The notes beneath the pieces were generated by a model. The model was not told the DNA's origin, searched no databases, and saw only the letters and a list, made by a program, of their open reading frames with translations. The translations under genes and the position numbers were made by a program. A stretch of DNA of 63,703 nt, filler included, from Candidatus Nezhaarchaeota archaeon WYZ-LMO8 (GTDB lineage: Archaea; Thermoproteota; Methanomethylicia; Nezhaarchaeales; WYZ-LMO8), in assembly GCA_004347965.1 (NCBI GenBank). It is 3 parts of 3 records of this genome, joined end to end, with 100 filler letters (N's around TTAATTAATTAA, not from the genome) between each part and the next. Parts side by side here need not be neighbours in the genome. Positions count along the whole stretch, not along the records: positions 1 to 29,030 come from QNVF01000017.1; 2 more parts are not named here. One strand, written 5' to 3'. Of the stretch, positions 1 through 9,793 are shown piece by piece (within the stretch, counting starts at the first letter, position 1; every line of letters begins with the position of its first letter).

Positions 1-5
1 ATTCC

Positions 6-506
6 TTGAGGAGCATTGGAGTTAAGATTATTGCTGACATAGGAGCCGACGATGGAAAGAAGCTTAAGAGGGCTGTTGAGTTAGCTGATTATCCTGTAAT
101 TGCAACTGAAAGCGCTCCTAGTCTAAACTTCTTATTTAAAGCGCTTGAAACATATGGGGAAAACGTATTCCTTAGCTTGGACGTAAAGGATGGTGTTGTT
201 GTAAGCAAAGCTCCTGAGGTTGCTGGTAAACGCCTAGAGGAGGTTTGCGAATTAATTGTCGGGCTTAGCATCCAAAAAGTCATCTTAATTGACTTTGATA
301 GAGTAGGATCCTACCTTGGACCTAATGTGGAGAATGCAAGACAGCTCATTAAAATGGGGTTTGAGGTCTATGTTGGTGGTGGTGTCAGGGGGTTAGACGA
401 CATAATCAAGCTCTTTGAAGAAGGTGTAGCTGGCGTACTTGTAAGCTCAGCCCTACACGCAGGTAGAGTAAGGGCTCAAGACCTAAAGGCTCTCGGCTTC
501 ATTTAA
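6..506 (+). CDS. HisA/HisF-like TIM-barrel protein (C1-cofactor-associated), probably 5'-truncated by the window edge
   Basis: SLDVKDG, LIDFDRVGS and VGGGVRG...GVLVSSALH motifs of the HisA/HisF fold; lies next to mch. Confidence 0.75.
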   Translation: MRSIGVKIIADIGADDGKKLKRAVELADYPVIATESAPSLNFLFKALETYGENVFLSLDVKDGVVVSKAPEVAGKRLEEVCELIVGLSIQKVILIDFDRVGSYLGPNVENARQLIKMGFEVYVGGGVRGLDDIIKLFEEGVAGVLVSSALHAGRVRAQDLKALGFI

Positions 507-598
507 CCTTGCTGAGATCCTAAGGATGGATCTTGACTATGTGCTTAATGAAAGGTTATCTGCTGACTAATGAGTAATTATTTTTCTGGTAATGAGAG

Positions 599-1549
599 AT
601 GTTAAGCGTAAATCGCTTGGCTATGAAGGTAGTCAAAGAGTTAATAGATGAACAAAGGGAGTATAAAGTTAAAGTAGAGAAACTAGCATGTGGAGCAACT
701 GTAATAGACACAGGGCTAGAGACTTTAGGTGGATATCTAGCCGGAATCAAGCTCACAGAGATATGCTTAGGAGGCTTGGCTAAGTGCTGGCTTACTTACC
801 AGGTCTACGAGAAGCTTGAGCTTCCAGCTATAGTCGTTGTAACAGATCACCCAGCCATATCGTTGTTGGGATGTCAGCTGGCTGGATGGATGGTGAAGGT
901 TGGAGACTTCTTTGCTCCATCGTCAGGACCTGCGAGAGCTCTGGCATTAAAGCCCAAGAAGATCTTTGAGAAGATAGGCTATAAAGATGACTACAGCGAA
1001 GCCGTTATAGTTATGGAGACGACTAAGAGACCTACAGATGAAGTAGCTAAGAAAGTAGCTGAAGAGTGTAAGGTTTCCCCGCAAAACCTCTACATCATAC
1101 TGACAACAACAGCCTCAATGGCTGGCTCAGTTCAAGTATCTGGAAGAGTTGTTGAGACCGGTCTCTATAGACTTGAGTATCTAGGGTTGGACCCCAATAA
1201 AGTAATCTTTGCAAGCGGATTGGCTCCAATAATGCCGCCACACCCTGACGTAGGGGTCTCGACAGCTAGAGAGGAAGACGCACTATTATACGGCGGTGTT
1301 GGCTGCTACCTAATAGACGAAGAAGACTCTAAGTTAATGGAGTATGTGGTAAAAGCTCCTGCCACAGCTTGGCCAGACTATGGAAAGACGTCGTACGAAG
1401 CGTTGAAGGCCGTGAACTTTGACTGGTCAAAACTTGATCCATCATTCTTCACGATAGGCAAGTTCATGGTTACGAGCAGAAGGAGTGGAAATACGTACAT
1501 GGGAGGAAAGGTGGAACCAGAGATCTTAAGGAGGTCCCTAACACTTTAA
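599..1549 (+). CDS. mch: Methenyl-H4MPT cyclohydrolase
   Basis: MLSVN start, CLGGLA, GCQLAGW, SGPARALA and GSVQVSGRVVETG motifs. Confidence 0.97.
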   Translation: MLSVNRLAMKVVKELIDEQREYKVKVEKLACGATVIDTGLETLGGYLAGIKLTEICLGGLAKCWLTYQVYEKLELPAIVVVTDHPAISLLGCQLAGWMVKVGDFFAPSSGPARALALKPKKIFEKIGYKDDYSEAVIVMETTKRPTDEVAKKVAEECKVSPQNLYIILTTTASMAGSVQVSGRVVETGLYRLEYLGLDPNKVIFASGLAPIMPPHPDVGVSTAREEDALLYGGVGCYLIDEEDSKLMEYVVKAPATAWPDYGKTSYEALKAVNFDWSKLDPSFFTIGKFMVTSRRSGNTYMGGKVEPEILRRSLTL

Positions 1550-1680
1550 GCACTCATTAATTCTTTACGTTGTTTAGTGATCTATATATCCCTCTAAGGG
1601 TCGTTAAGAGGGAAGCTATAGATGATGAAAAGGAATAAAAATAGTGGGTTTGAAATAGGTATGTGATGGGGTTGATTTAA

Positions 1681-2676
1681 GTGCCCATAAAATTCGGTAT
1701 AGAATTTGTTCCTGCAACAACAATTGATGGGCTAGTAGGCTCTATAGTTCAGGCTGAGAACGTTGGATTCGATTATGTTTGGATAACAGATCACTACGCT
1801 AACCGCTGCGTTTACATAGCTTTAACGGTTGCTGCATTAAACACGAAGAGAGTGAAGCTTGGTACTGGTGTTACAAATCCATTTCATGTGCACCCAGCTT
1901 GGACGGCATCAGCAATAGCCACTCTAAATGAGGTAAGCAACGGTAGAGCAGTCTTGGGGATAGGACCAGGTGACCGCTCAACACTAGCTCAAATAGGAAT
2001 AAACCTAGAGAAGCCGTTAACAGTAGTCAAAGAGGCAGTTGAAGTAATAAGAAGGCTTTGGACAGGCGAGACACTTAATTTCACGGGAGACACCTTCCGC
2101 CTAGCCAATGCTAAACTAAACTTCAAGCCTTCGACTTCGATACCGATTTACATAGGTGCTCAAGGACCTAAGATGCTCGAGCTTGCAGGAGCCATAGGTG
2201 ATGGGGTACTAATCAATGCATCTCATCCAAAGGACTTTGAGTATGCTATCAAGTACATAAAGGAGGGGGCTACGAGAGCTGGAAGAAGAATTGAGGATGT
2301 GGATGTAGCTGCTTATGCGGCTTTATCTGTAGACGAAGTTTCGACTAAAGCAAGAGAGACCGCTAAAACTGTTGTAGCCTTCATAATAGCTGGATCGCCG
2401 GATAGCGTACTTGAGAGACACGGTATTAAGAAGGAAGAGGTCGAGACCATAAGAGGTGCCTTGGCTAAAGGAGATATCCCTGGGGCAAGCAAAGCGGTCT
2501 CTGATGCATCTCTTGATGCATTCTCGATTTCAGGGACCCCCGAAGAGTGCATATCTAAGATCGAACAACTTCTGAAGATAGGTGTAACGCAGTTCGTTGC
2601 TGGATCACCCTTAGGCCCAAAGAAGAAGGCCGCTATAGACATAATAGGTAAGAAGATAATAGCGGCATTTAAGTAA
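1681..2676 (+). CDS. mer: F420-dependent methylene-H4MPT reductase
   Basis: KFGIEFVP, WITDHYANR, GTGVTNP, GAQGPKML, INASHPKD and GSPLGP motifs. Confidence 0.96.
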   Translation: MPIKFGIEFVPATTIDGLVGSIVQAENVGFDYVWITDHYANRCVYIALTVAALNTKRVKLGTGVTNPFHVHPAWTASAIATLNEVSNGRAVLGIGPGDRSTLAQIGINLEKPLTVVKEAVEVIRRLWTGETLNFTGDTFRLANAKLNFKPSTSIPIYIGAQGPKMLELAGAIGDGVLINASHPKDFEYAIKYIKEGATRAGRRIEDVDVAAYAALSVDEVSTKARETAKTVVAFIIAGSPDSVLERHGIKKEEVETIRGALAKGDIPGASKAVSDASLDAFSISGTPEECISKIEQLLKIGVTQFVAGSPLGPKKKAAIDIIGKKIIAAFK

Positions 2677-2720
2677 AAATCCATTTTCTTCTTTATTAAT
2701 AAAGAAAGTGATAAAGGTAC

Positions 2721-3581
2721 CTAAAGGTCTACTTCAACTTTTTCCGCTAAAAGCTCCTCGTACCTCTTTAGATGAGGATTGTTCTTTAAGTTCACCATCA
2801 ACCTACCGCTACACTTCTCGCTTGCCGCAACGTCACCGACAAATACCAGCAATGGTCCGTCTATCTTCTCGCCAGCTACCTTTATTGACGGTCTTATCTC
2901 ATCAACATAGAAACTCGGTAGTATCGTTGAAATCCTTCCAGCCACTATTATCCTTCCTCCAGTCATCCTAGCTCCAGCTTTGCCAGTGCAATCACCTTTT
3001 ATGAGTATTGTTCCACCACTCATATCCAAGCCTGGCATGATATCGCATGAACCGTCTACTATTATAGTCCCACCCCTCATACCAAGCCCAACTTCAGCTC
3101 CAGCATTGCCATGAACTATTATAGTCCCACCCCTCATACCCTTTGCTGGAAGCTCTCCTCTGTACGATCCACCTACACGGTCCTCAGCTGACCCGAAGAC
3201 CTCTATAATCCCATCGTACATTTTTGCTCCTAGACACGGTCCAGCTGAACCTCTTATCACTAATCTTCCTCCCTTCATCTTCCGTCCAGCGTATGGCCCT
3301 ACATCTCCGAGAACTTCTATTTCTCCAGTGCTCATCTTCTCGCCAACTCGTCTAAGCCTGTTAGTGTAACCTTTGAAGACTATCTTCACCTCCTCGGGCT
3401 TAGAGCCTACTTCGCCTTCTATTTGGAAGACGTCGCTTAGCTTTAATTGCTTCTTTCCTACCCACACTACCATCTTAGCCACTTCACTTAATGTGAGACT
3501 TGCTATCTTGTTTGGAATTATTGTCTCAATCTCTATGGGGACTATCGGGTCTTTTATCAAGTTTAAATTTATGATGGGCAT
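2721..3581 (-). CDS. fwdC: Formylmethanofuran dehydrogenase subunit C
   Basis: GxxMxGG beta-helix repeats; GSYRG; in an operon with fwdA and fwdB. Confidence 0.95.
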   Translation of the reverse strand: MPIINLNLIKDPIVPIEIETIIPNKIASLTLSEVAKMVVWVGKKQLKLSDVFQIEGEVGSKPEEVKIVFKGYTNRLRRVGEKMSTGEIEVLGDVGPYAGRKMKGGRLVIRGSAGPCLGAKMYDGIIEVFGSAEDRVGGSYRGELPAKGMRGGTIIVHGNAGAEVGLGMRGGTIIVDGSCDIMPGLDMSGGTILIKGDCTGKAGARMTGGRIIVAGRISTILPSFYVDEIRPSIKVAGEKIDGPLLVFVGDVAASEKCSGRLMVNLKNNPHLKRYEELLAEKVEVDL

Positions 3582-3582
3582 C

Positions 3583-5298
3583 TTAGCCTACCTCCACCTT
3601 AACGGGGTTTCTAAGCTCTCTATCTTCAATAACGTAGTTATTGAAGGATACACTGTAGTATTGCGGGAACACTTCTTTGAGGTACTTAACTGTTCTCTCA
3701 TAGACGTTGGGGTCAACAAGCTTTGTTGCATCAACGTAGTACGTAGCTCCGTAGAATTCTGGCCTAACGACATTACCTTCCTTAACCACTATTACGCCAG
3801 ACTTTATCGTGTGGTACGTTCTCCTAAAGGCTTCTACGAAGGCCCTATAGTCTCTTGAGACGTCAACTTCAACTGGATTGAGATTGTAGATGGCTATGTC
3901 AGCATCCGCTCCTACTCCCAAGTGCCCCTTATGCCTCTCAAGACCCAAAATCTTTGCAGGACCTGCCCTCGTAACTACCGCTACGTCGTAAAGTGTATAC
4001 TCCCTGTCTATCGATGGTAGGGCTACGTGCTTAAGGGCTCTACGATTAACCTTCTTCATGACCTCCTCTCTTGCCTTCTTGCTTACAAGCCAAGAGAGGG
4101 CTAGAGGGTATTTAGTGAATCTTCCAGCATTGGGATTATCAGTTGCGAAGACTACCTTCCAAGGATCTTTGGTTAAGAGGGCGACATCAAGTCCAATGCA
4201 CCACTGAACAGTATTTACATAGTTGTTCTTCCTGTATGAGTAGGGAACGACTCCAGCTGTTGCTTCTGACTCGGTCATGGTGCAATGCCACTTACCCATT
4301 AATATGTGGAAGAGGACGAACTCGAATGGAGCGTCAGCAGTCATGGTGAGAGCGTCGCCAAAGACTACTTGTCCTAAATCTAGCGTTACGTGATCGTGGG
4401 AGTTCAAGTACTTAGCTATCTCCTCACCACCAGATGCTAAGTTTGCCCACGACGTACCAGCATAACCAGTAAATTGCACGTGAGTGATATGGATGATCGG
4501 CCTATCGCCCTTATATAAATCTGAGACACAATCCATGGTCCTCAACGTCGTAACGTAGTTTCCAGGAAAACCTAGCCTATTGCAGTGCACGTGTATTTGA
4601 TGAGGAATCTTGAGCTCTAAGGATGCTCTACATAGCGCCCTCACTATATCTCTAGGGGTTATACCGAAGTCAGGCAGCTGATCATCAAGATCTAAGCCTA
4701 CGTACCTGTTCCACCAAGTTGGTTCAGCAACCCCTGGGTTCACTATCTTTATAGCATATCCTTTAACCGACTTCAACACCCACGCCACGTAAGCTTTAAG
4801 GCCCTCAATATCGTTCTTGCTCACAAACTCCATTACTATCCTGCTATTACCAAATAGAGGGAAGCAAGCCTTGTCAACTATCGGTGTGGCATCCAGCTCC
4901 TCGTGCGTATGTCTAGTCTTAATTGGTGGTGTTGCCGGCTCCACTATGGTTGTCCATCCCATTTGAGCGTACCTGTAGCCGATAAATGTCGTTGATGGAA
5001 CCGTTAACCCTACTCCAGACCAGCCATCTAGTGTAGCTTTAATCCATGCCCTTCTATGATCGTAGGGACTCATGATCCTTCCAGCATTAAACTTAGGTCC
5101 AGCGATGTGGGTATGAAGGTCAATGCCTCCAGGCATCACCAGCTTTCCTTTTGCGTCTATGACCCTGGCCTTCCCCTCTATAGTTGATGGGTCGACTATC
5201 TTTCCATCAAGTACGCCTATGTCCATGACCTCACAGTTCACTTTATTCAATGGATCGATGATGTAGCCTCCTTTAATCATTATGGGTTCATGTTTCAC
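3583..5298 (-). CDS. fwdA: Formylmethanofuran dehydrogenase subunit A
   Basis: Amidohydrolase motifs GGIDLHTHIAG, KIVNPG, HCNRLGFPGN, TDNPNAG and GHLGVGADADIA. Confidence 0.97.
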   Translation of the reverse strand: MKHEPIMIKGGYIIDPLNKVNCEVMDIGVLDGKIVDPSTIEGKARVIDAKGKLVMPGGIDLHTHIAGPKFNAGRIMSPYDHRRAWIKATLDGWSGVGLTVPSTTFIGYRYAQMGWTTIVEPATPPIKTRHTHEELDATPIVDKACFPLFGNSRIVMEFVSKNDIEGLKAYVAWVLKSVKGYAIKIVNPGVAEPTWWNRYVGLDLDDQLPDFGITPRDIVRALCRASLELKIPHQIHVHCNRLGFPGNYVTTLRTMDCVSDLYKGDRPIIHITHVQFTGYAGTSWANLASGGEEIAKYLNSHDHVTLDLGQVVFGDALTMTADAPFEFVLFHILMGKWHCTMTESEATAGVVPYSYRKNNYVNTVQWCIGLDVALLTKDPWKVVFATDNPNAGRFTKYPLALSWLVSKKAREEVMKKVNRRALKHVALPSIDREYTLYDVAVVTRAGPAKILGLERHKGHLGVGADADIAIYNLNPVEVDVSRDYRAFVEAFRRTYHTIKSGVIVVKEGNVVRPEFYGATYYVDATKLVDPNVYERTVKYLKEVFPQYYSVSFNNYVIEDRELRNPVKVEVG

Positions 5299-7036
5299 GA
5301 GCCTTAACCTCCTTAACCTTCTCTATTAACTTCTCTAAGAACGTGACGTCATCCATCAAGTGATATGTTTCGAGTACCTGCTTAGCTCTTAGAGGCATGT
5401 TATCCATTCTGTAGCCAATACCTTCAGCATCTATACCAACGATTTTCGTCGGTACATACAAATCAGCTAAGCTGGCTATCAAAGACCACTTAGGATCTAC
5501 GACTATTAACGGTATTTTAGCCAGATGTTTAAGCGCTTGAGCGGGGAAGTGTGCGCCTGGATCGCTTGCTACTATCATGGCTGCATCTACTTCCCCCCTG
5601 ACTAATAGGTCTATCGTAGTTGTAACGCCAGGATTATACCTTGGATAGCCTCGGCTCAAGTCTATTGCGTAAGGGTAGCCCGTTAGCCAGGCGAAGACCT
5701 GGTTGTTTCCAGCTACATTCCAGTGACCCCTCATGGGGACTAAGCTGAAGGTCGTCCAATCATTGAGAGCTTGCACTAGCCTGATAGCAGCTTCAAGGTT
5801 CCTATTTCTCGCAGACGTAGCTGTCAAGCCCAGACCAGGAAAGAGTACACCGAATTTGGCTGACATCATCATGTCAGCCATCTTCACTATGATCTCTCTG
5901 GGGACACCTGCAACCTCCTCATCCTCTATTTCGAATCCCTTCACCACCATTAACAAAGCTGTTAGCAATTCGTAATCCATTCCAGGCTTAACTTTAACGA
6001 ACATATCTGCAATCCTTGATGCCTCCGTCTCCCTTACGTCAACGACTATTATCTTTCTATCAGCTCGACCCTTCACTTTAAGCCCTTTAGCTAACGCTGA
6101 GTACCTAATGAAGTGTCTTGGATGCGAAGCTGGAGGGTTACAGCCCCAGAAAACCATTAAGTCTGCGTTGTCCCTTATGTTACCTAGCGTTGACGTCACT
6201 ATCCCGAATTGTTGAATTGCCATGACTGAGGGGCCGTGGCAGAACGTAGCTAGACAATCAATTATGCCGCCCACTAATTCTGCTAGTCTAACTCCAAGCT
6301 TTGCAGCTTCGCTTGACGTCGTGCTCCAACCGAATAACAAGGGGTATTTAGCCTTAACGAGTATTTCAGCTGTCTTATCTATTGCTTGGTCATAACTAAT
6401 GGGTTTAAGTTCATCCCCTACTCTCATGAGGGGGGTCTTAACCCTTTCAGCAGCATAAGACTTGAACTTCGCCAACGATCTTGCACAAGCATTCTTTATG
6501 TTTGTTATCATGTCTCCTTTAACTTCAAGCACTAAGTCGTCGCAAAGACATGCACATATTGTGCATAAATGATTTTCGAAGGTTCCTTCATCATTACACT
6601 TAAAGTCCGCCGGGCTCATGAGGTATTTTACTGGTACCTTTAAGGGCTTCTTGCCAGAGTTCCTGAAGACAATTTCTTCTATTGAAGGAACTAGTTCATC
6701 GGTTGGTTCCACGCATGCCTTAACATCCTTGAAGAAAGGCATGCCTGTGCTTCTCGTCTTGGCGGGAATTATGGCGTTAGCCCAAGGTCCTAATGGTATG
6801 AATATTAATCCTCTAGGATTTCCCTTGTAAGCTGAGACTTTGACTACCACTGAGCCCGCTTCTGTCGTCACCTTCACGTTAGATCCTTCTCTTACCCCTA
6901 ATTCTGTCATGTCATCTGGGTTCATGAAGCATAAGGCTGCTACGTCCTCGTAATCTTTGGTGAATCGAGCTGTCTCTATTTGTGCTCCTTGCTTTAGCGT
7001 TCTACCAGTTACTAGTAGGACCTCCAATCTTGGCAT
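5288..7036 (-). CDS. fwdB: Fused formylmethanofuran dehydrogenase subunits D (N-terminal) and B
   Basis: FwdD motifs (TGRTLKQG, FIPLGPWAN, TGMPFFK) then FwdB motifs (CxxCxxxCDD, FCHGPS, WGCNP..SHPRH, PMRGHWNV) in one open frame. Confidence 0.93.
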   Translation of the reverse strand: MPRLEVLLVTGRTLKQGAQIETARFTKDYEDVAALCFMNPDDMTELGVREGSNVKVTTEAGSVVVKVSAYKGNPRGLIFIPLGPWANAIIPAKTRSTGMPFFKDVKACVEPTDELVPSIEEIVFRNSGKKPLKVPVKYLMSPADFKCNDEGTFENHLCTICACLCDDLVLEVKGDMITNIKNACARSLAKFKSYAAERVKTPLMRVGDELKPISYDQAIDKTAEILVKAKYPLLFGWSTTSSEAAKLGVRLAELVGGIIDCLATFCHGPSVMAIQQFGIVTSTLGNIRDNADLMVFWGCNPPASHPRHFIRYSALAKGLKVKGRADRKIIVVDVRETEASRIADMFVKVKPGMDYELLTALLMVVKGFEIEDEEVAGVPREIIVKMADMMMSAKFGVLFPGLGLTATSARNRNLEAAIRLVQALNDWTTFSLVPMRGHWNVAGNNQVFAWLTGYPYAIDLSRGYPRYNPGVTTTIDLLVRGEVDAAMIVASDPGAHFPAQALKHLAKIPLIVVDPKWSLIASLADLYVPTKIVGIDAEGIGYRMDNMPLRAKQVLETYHLMDDVTFLEKLIEKVKEVKARET

Positions 7037-7046
7037 TAACCATCAC

Positions 7047-7913
7047 TCATGCTTTTGGAGGTAGCTTCTCTATTAGCTTCCTTTTAACGGACAGTTCGCC
7101 GCTTGCTCTATGAGGCATTCTCATTACCTGATCTAAACCCTTCTCAATCTCTCTGGCTTCATCCGAAAGCTTAGCTGCATATCTCATTAGCTCGTGACCT
7201 GCTGCTACGAGTGGTATGTACTTTTCCCACTCTTGGACCTTAAAGCAGCCCTCTGTTGTCAAGTCTGAGACCTTTCTTGCAGCTTCAAATGCAGCCATGG
7301 CCTTGACGTAAGCGTAGGGGTTTGAGAAGCCAGCGTTCTCAAGTGCAATTTCTTTGGTCACTATAAGTCTTGGTAGTTTTACTTCCTCTCCTTTTTTGAT
7401 CGAAGCTATCATGTCATCTATGGTCTTAACTATTAAGTTGAAAACACCTGTTATAGCTAGGACCCTTATTATGTCTGCGTTGAAAAGCGCCATCTCAGTA
7501 GGATCGAGGAACTCTCTTCGTGCCCCGATCATGGAGTCTGCTTCAACTATGATATAGCCAAAGCCACCCTCTTCAAATTTGCTCACAGCCTTTCTCGCTG
7601 GAGCATCAGATATTATCAATGTTGGTACATTAAGAAGCTTGGCTACTTCCCTAGCTCTAGTTGGTCCAGGTAAGGCAGCATTCGGGCTAGCAATTATAAT
7701 TAACTGAGGTTTAAATGGTTCTAACATTTTCACTACTTCTTCTGCCTCTTGGGGAGTCATCTTTGCTCCACTCGACACAACTCTAACAGATATGTCGTTT
7801 CTGTCAGCCCTCTCATCAAGCAAATACTCCAGCAGAGGAGCACACCCTATACATCCCAGCTTTATGATGCCCACCTTAACAGGTGCTTGCTGACTCATAT
7901 CAAAATCACTCAA
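7047..7913 (-). CDS. mtd: F420-dependent methylene-H4MPT dehydrogenase
   Basis: KLGCIG, LLDERADR, SPNAALPGP and DSMIGARREFLDPTEMA motifs. Confidence 0.97.
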   Translation of the reverse strand: MSDFDMSQQAPVKVGIIKLGCIGCAPLLEYLLDERADRNDISVRVVSSGAKMTPQEAEEVVKMLEPFKPQLIIIASPNAALPGPTRAREVAKLLNVPTLIISDAPARKAVSKFEEGGFGYIIVEADSMIGARREFLDPTEMALFNADIIRVLAITGVFNLIVKTIDDMIASIKKGEEVKLPRLIVTKEIALENAGFSNPYAYVKAMAAFEAARKVSDLTTEGCFKVQEWEKYIPLVAAGHELMRYAAKLSDEAREIEKGLDQVMRMPHRASGELSVKRKLIEKLPPKA

Positions 7914-8007
7914 CCCTACTTTTTGACTATAAAAAGCTTAAAACTTTTTGTGATAGGAAAGCTTTTAGCTTAAACAATATCAGAAGTTAAAGCTTGGTGA
8001 TCCAGGC

Positions 8008-8928
8008 TTGTCATTTAAAATTGGAGACGTTGAGGTTGAAGACACGTTCGCCGAGGCCTTCCCTATGTACGCTACTAGGCTGCTAATAACTGCTTTAAAT
8101 GATAGGTGGGCTTTAACAGCTGCCAGAGTTACTACAGGATTCGCGACATCAATAATAATGTCCCCCGCAGAGGCAGGTCTTGAGCGACTACTTCCACCAG
8201 AGAAGACTCCTGATAAAAGGGTTGGAGCTCTCATACACATATATCATAGATCAGTGCCTGAGCTAAAGCTTCAAACAATAGTAAGAGCTGGTCAGTGCAT
8301 ATTAACGTGTCCCACAACAGCGCTCTTCGATGGGATACCAAGGTCCAAGCGAAAGATGCACATAGGTGAGGCCCTTGCAAAGTTTGGAGATGGATTCGAA
8401 GTCAAGGATGCGATGTACGGTAAGACTGTTTGGAGAATACCAGTTATGGAGGGGGAGTTTATAGTCGAGGATGCAGTTGGTGTTGTTAAAGCAGTTGCTG
8501 GAGGGAACTTCTTCATCCTAGCTTCTAGCCGTGAGGCTGCTTTAGAAGCTGCTGAGAAAGCAGTTGAGGAAATATCGAGTAGATGTAGGAACGTAGTTTT
8601 ACCGTTTCCAGGAGGAATTGTAAGATCAGGTTCAAAGGTTGGTTCAATCAAGTATCCTAAGCTTGCAGCTACTACTAACCACTTGTATTGTCCGACGATA
8701 AGAGATAAAGTCCCCGATACTAAGATCCCTGAGGGCGTTAGAAGCGTCATGGAGATCGTTATCAACGGGTTAGATGTAGAGTCCGTAACAAAAGCTGTTG
8801 GAGTTGGAGTAATGGCTGCTTGCAGCGTTAAGGGTGTGGTTAAAATCACTGCTGGCAACTACGGAGGCAAGCTGGGGCCCTACAAGATATATCTTAAAGA
8901 TTCTGTGGAACTTGCTAAGTCACCTTGA
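8008..8928 (+). CDS. ftr: Formylmethanofuran:H4MPT formyltransferase
   Basis: EDTFAEAF, TPDKRVG, GQCILTCPT, FPGGIVRSGSKVGS and AGNYGGKLG motifs. Confidence 0.97.
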   Translation: MSFKIGDVEVEDTFAEAFPMYATRLLITALNDRWALTAARVTTGFATSIIMSPAEAGLERLLPPEKTPDKRVGALIHIYHRSVPELKLQTIVRAGQCILTCPTTALFDGIPRSKRKMHIGEALAKFGDGFEVKDAMYGKTVWRIPVMEGEFIVEDAVGVVKAVAGGNFFILASSREAALEAAEKAVEEISSRCRNVVLPFPGGIVRSGSKVGSIKYPKLAATTNHLYCPTIRDKVPDTKIPEGVRSVMEIVINGLDVESVTKAVGVGVMAACSVKGVVKITAGNYGGKLGPYKIYLKDSVELAKSP

Positions 8929-9793
8929 ACCTCTTGACGACAACAACCGGATAGTGGGGGAAGGAGTCTAGAAGGTTCCAAGTTATTTCACCGGCCTTGA
9001 TTCTAAGCTTTTTTTCAACTTCATATACTGTTCTGCCAATACCGAAACCTCGAGCTCTATCAGCAAGCTCGGATACTATGAGGAGCTCATCTATATTTAT
9101 AGTGGTAGGTGAGAAGCCTAGAGGGGTAGCGTAAGGGCTAAAGAAGTTGTTGAGAAAGCGGGCGATAAGGAATGATAGGAGGCCTAAGTTTATTGATGAT
9201 GGAAGTCCAGTCTTCCTACTGGCTAGTATCAATCTTGGAATTGGCTTAAACTTATAGCATTTGTCGCTATCAACTATGACTACTCGAACGTCGAGCCTCA
9301 ACTCTTGAAATAGGTAGCTTCTAATGTCATTAGCTATTTTAAAGGGCTCACTAAGTGGTAGTGAAACTAAGTGTCCGGGAAGGTTTGTGGCATCTATGCC
9401 AGCTTCAGATGTTGGCTTGAGAGCTTGAAGGAGCCCTCCAACTTTCATAGCTAGTTTTTTATGGCGTGAACCCTCCAGTAGTGGATACCTCCTTAGAAGG
9501 AAGATCGTCTCGTTTGAGAGTTTGCATATTCGACTTAAGAGGAGCCCCCAAAGTACGTTGGTCGTTAAGTAGGTCATTAACCTGCTATAGAGATCGCTTT
9601 TTATTGAAGACTCATCGTATAGAAGACCTAAAGCTGCTGAGAGAGCCTTCTCAGATACGACCACGTAATCTCCATTTAAAGCAACATTCTTTATGAGTTC
9701 GGCGATCTTCTTCTTAAAGTTTGTTCCAGGTCTCCAAACATTGGATCTTAGTGGTATTGCTACGAAGTCCCTCCACTTTACTACTCTATTCAT
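8915..9793 (-). CDS. CofE-like (F420-0:gamma-glutamyl ligase family) protein
   Basis: VVSEKALS, AGIDATNLPG, IVDSD and ADRARGFG..PVVVV motifs; C1 cluster context. Confidence 0.7.
   Translation of the reverse strand: MNRVVKWRDFVAIPLRSNVWRPGTNFKKKIAELIKNVALNGDYVVVSEKALSAALGLLYDESSIKSDLYSRLMTYLTTNVLWGLLLSRICKLSNETIFLLRRYPLLEGSRHKKLAMKVGGLLQALKPTSEAGIDATNLPGHLVSLPLSEPFKIANDIRSYLFQELRLDVRVVIVDSDKCYKFKPIPRLILASRKTGLPSSINLGLLSFLIARFLNNFFSPYATPLGFSPTTINIDELLIVSELADRARGFGIGRTVYEVEKKLRIKAGEITWNLLDSFPHYPVVVVKRFKVT

Noticed and set aside
1577..1628. Box C/D sRNA (ATGATGA at 1622)
   Set aside because: No matching CTGA box D or guide spacing.
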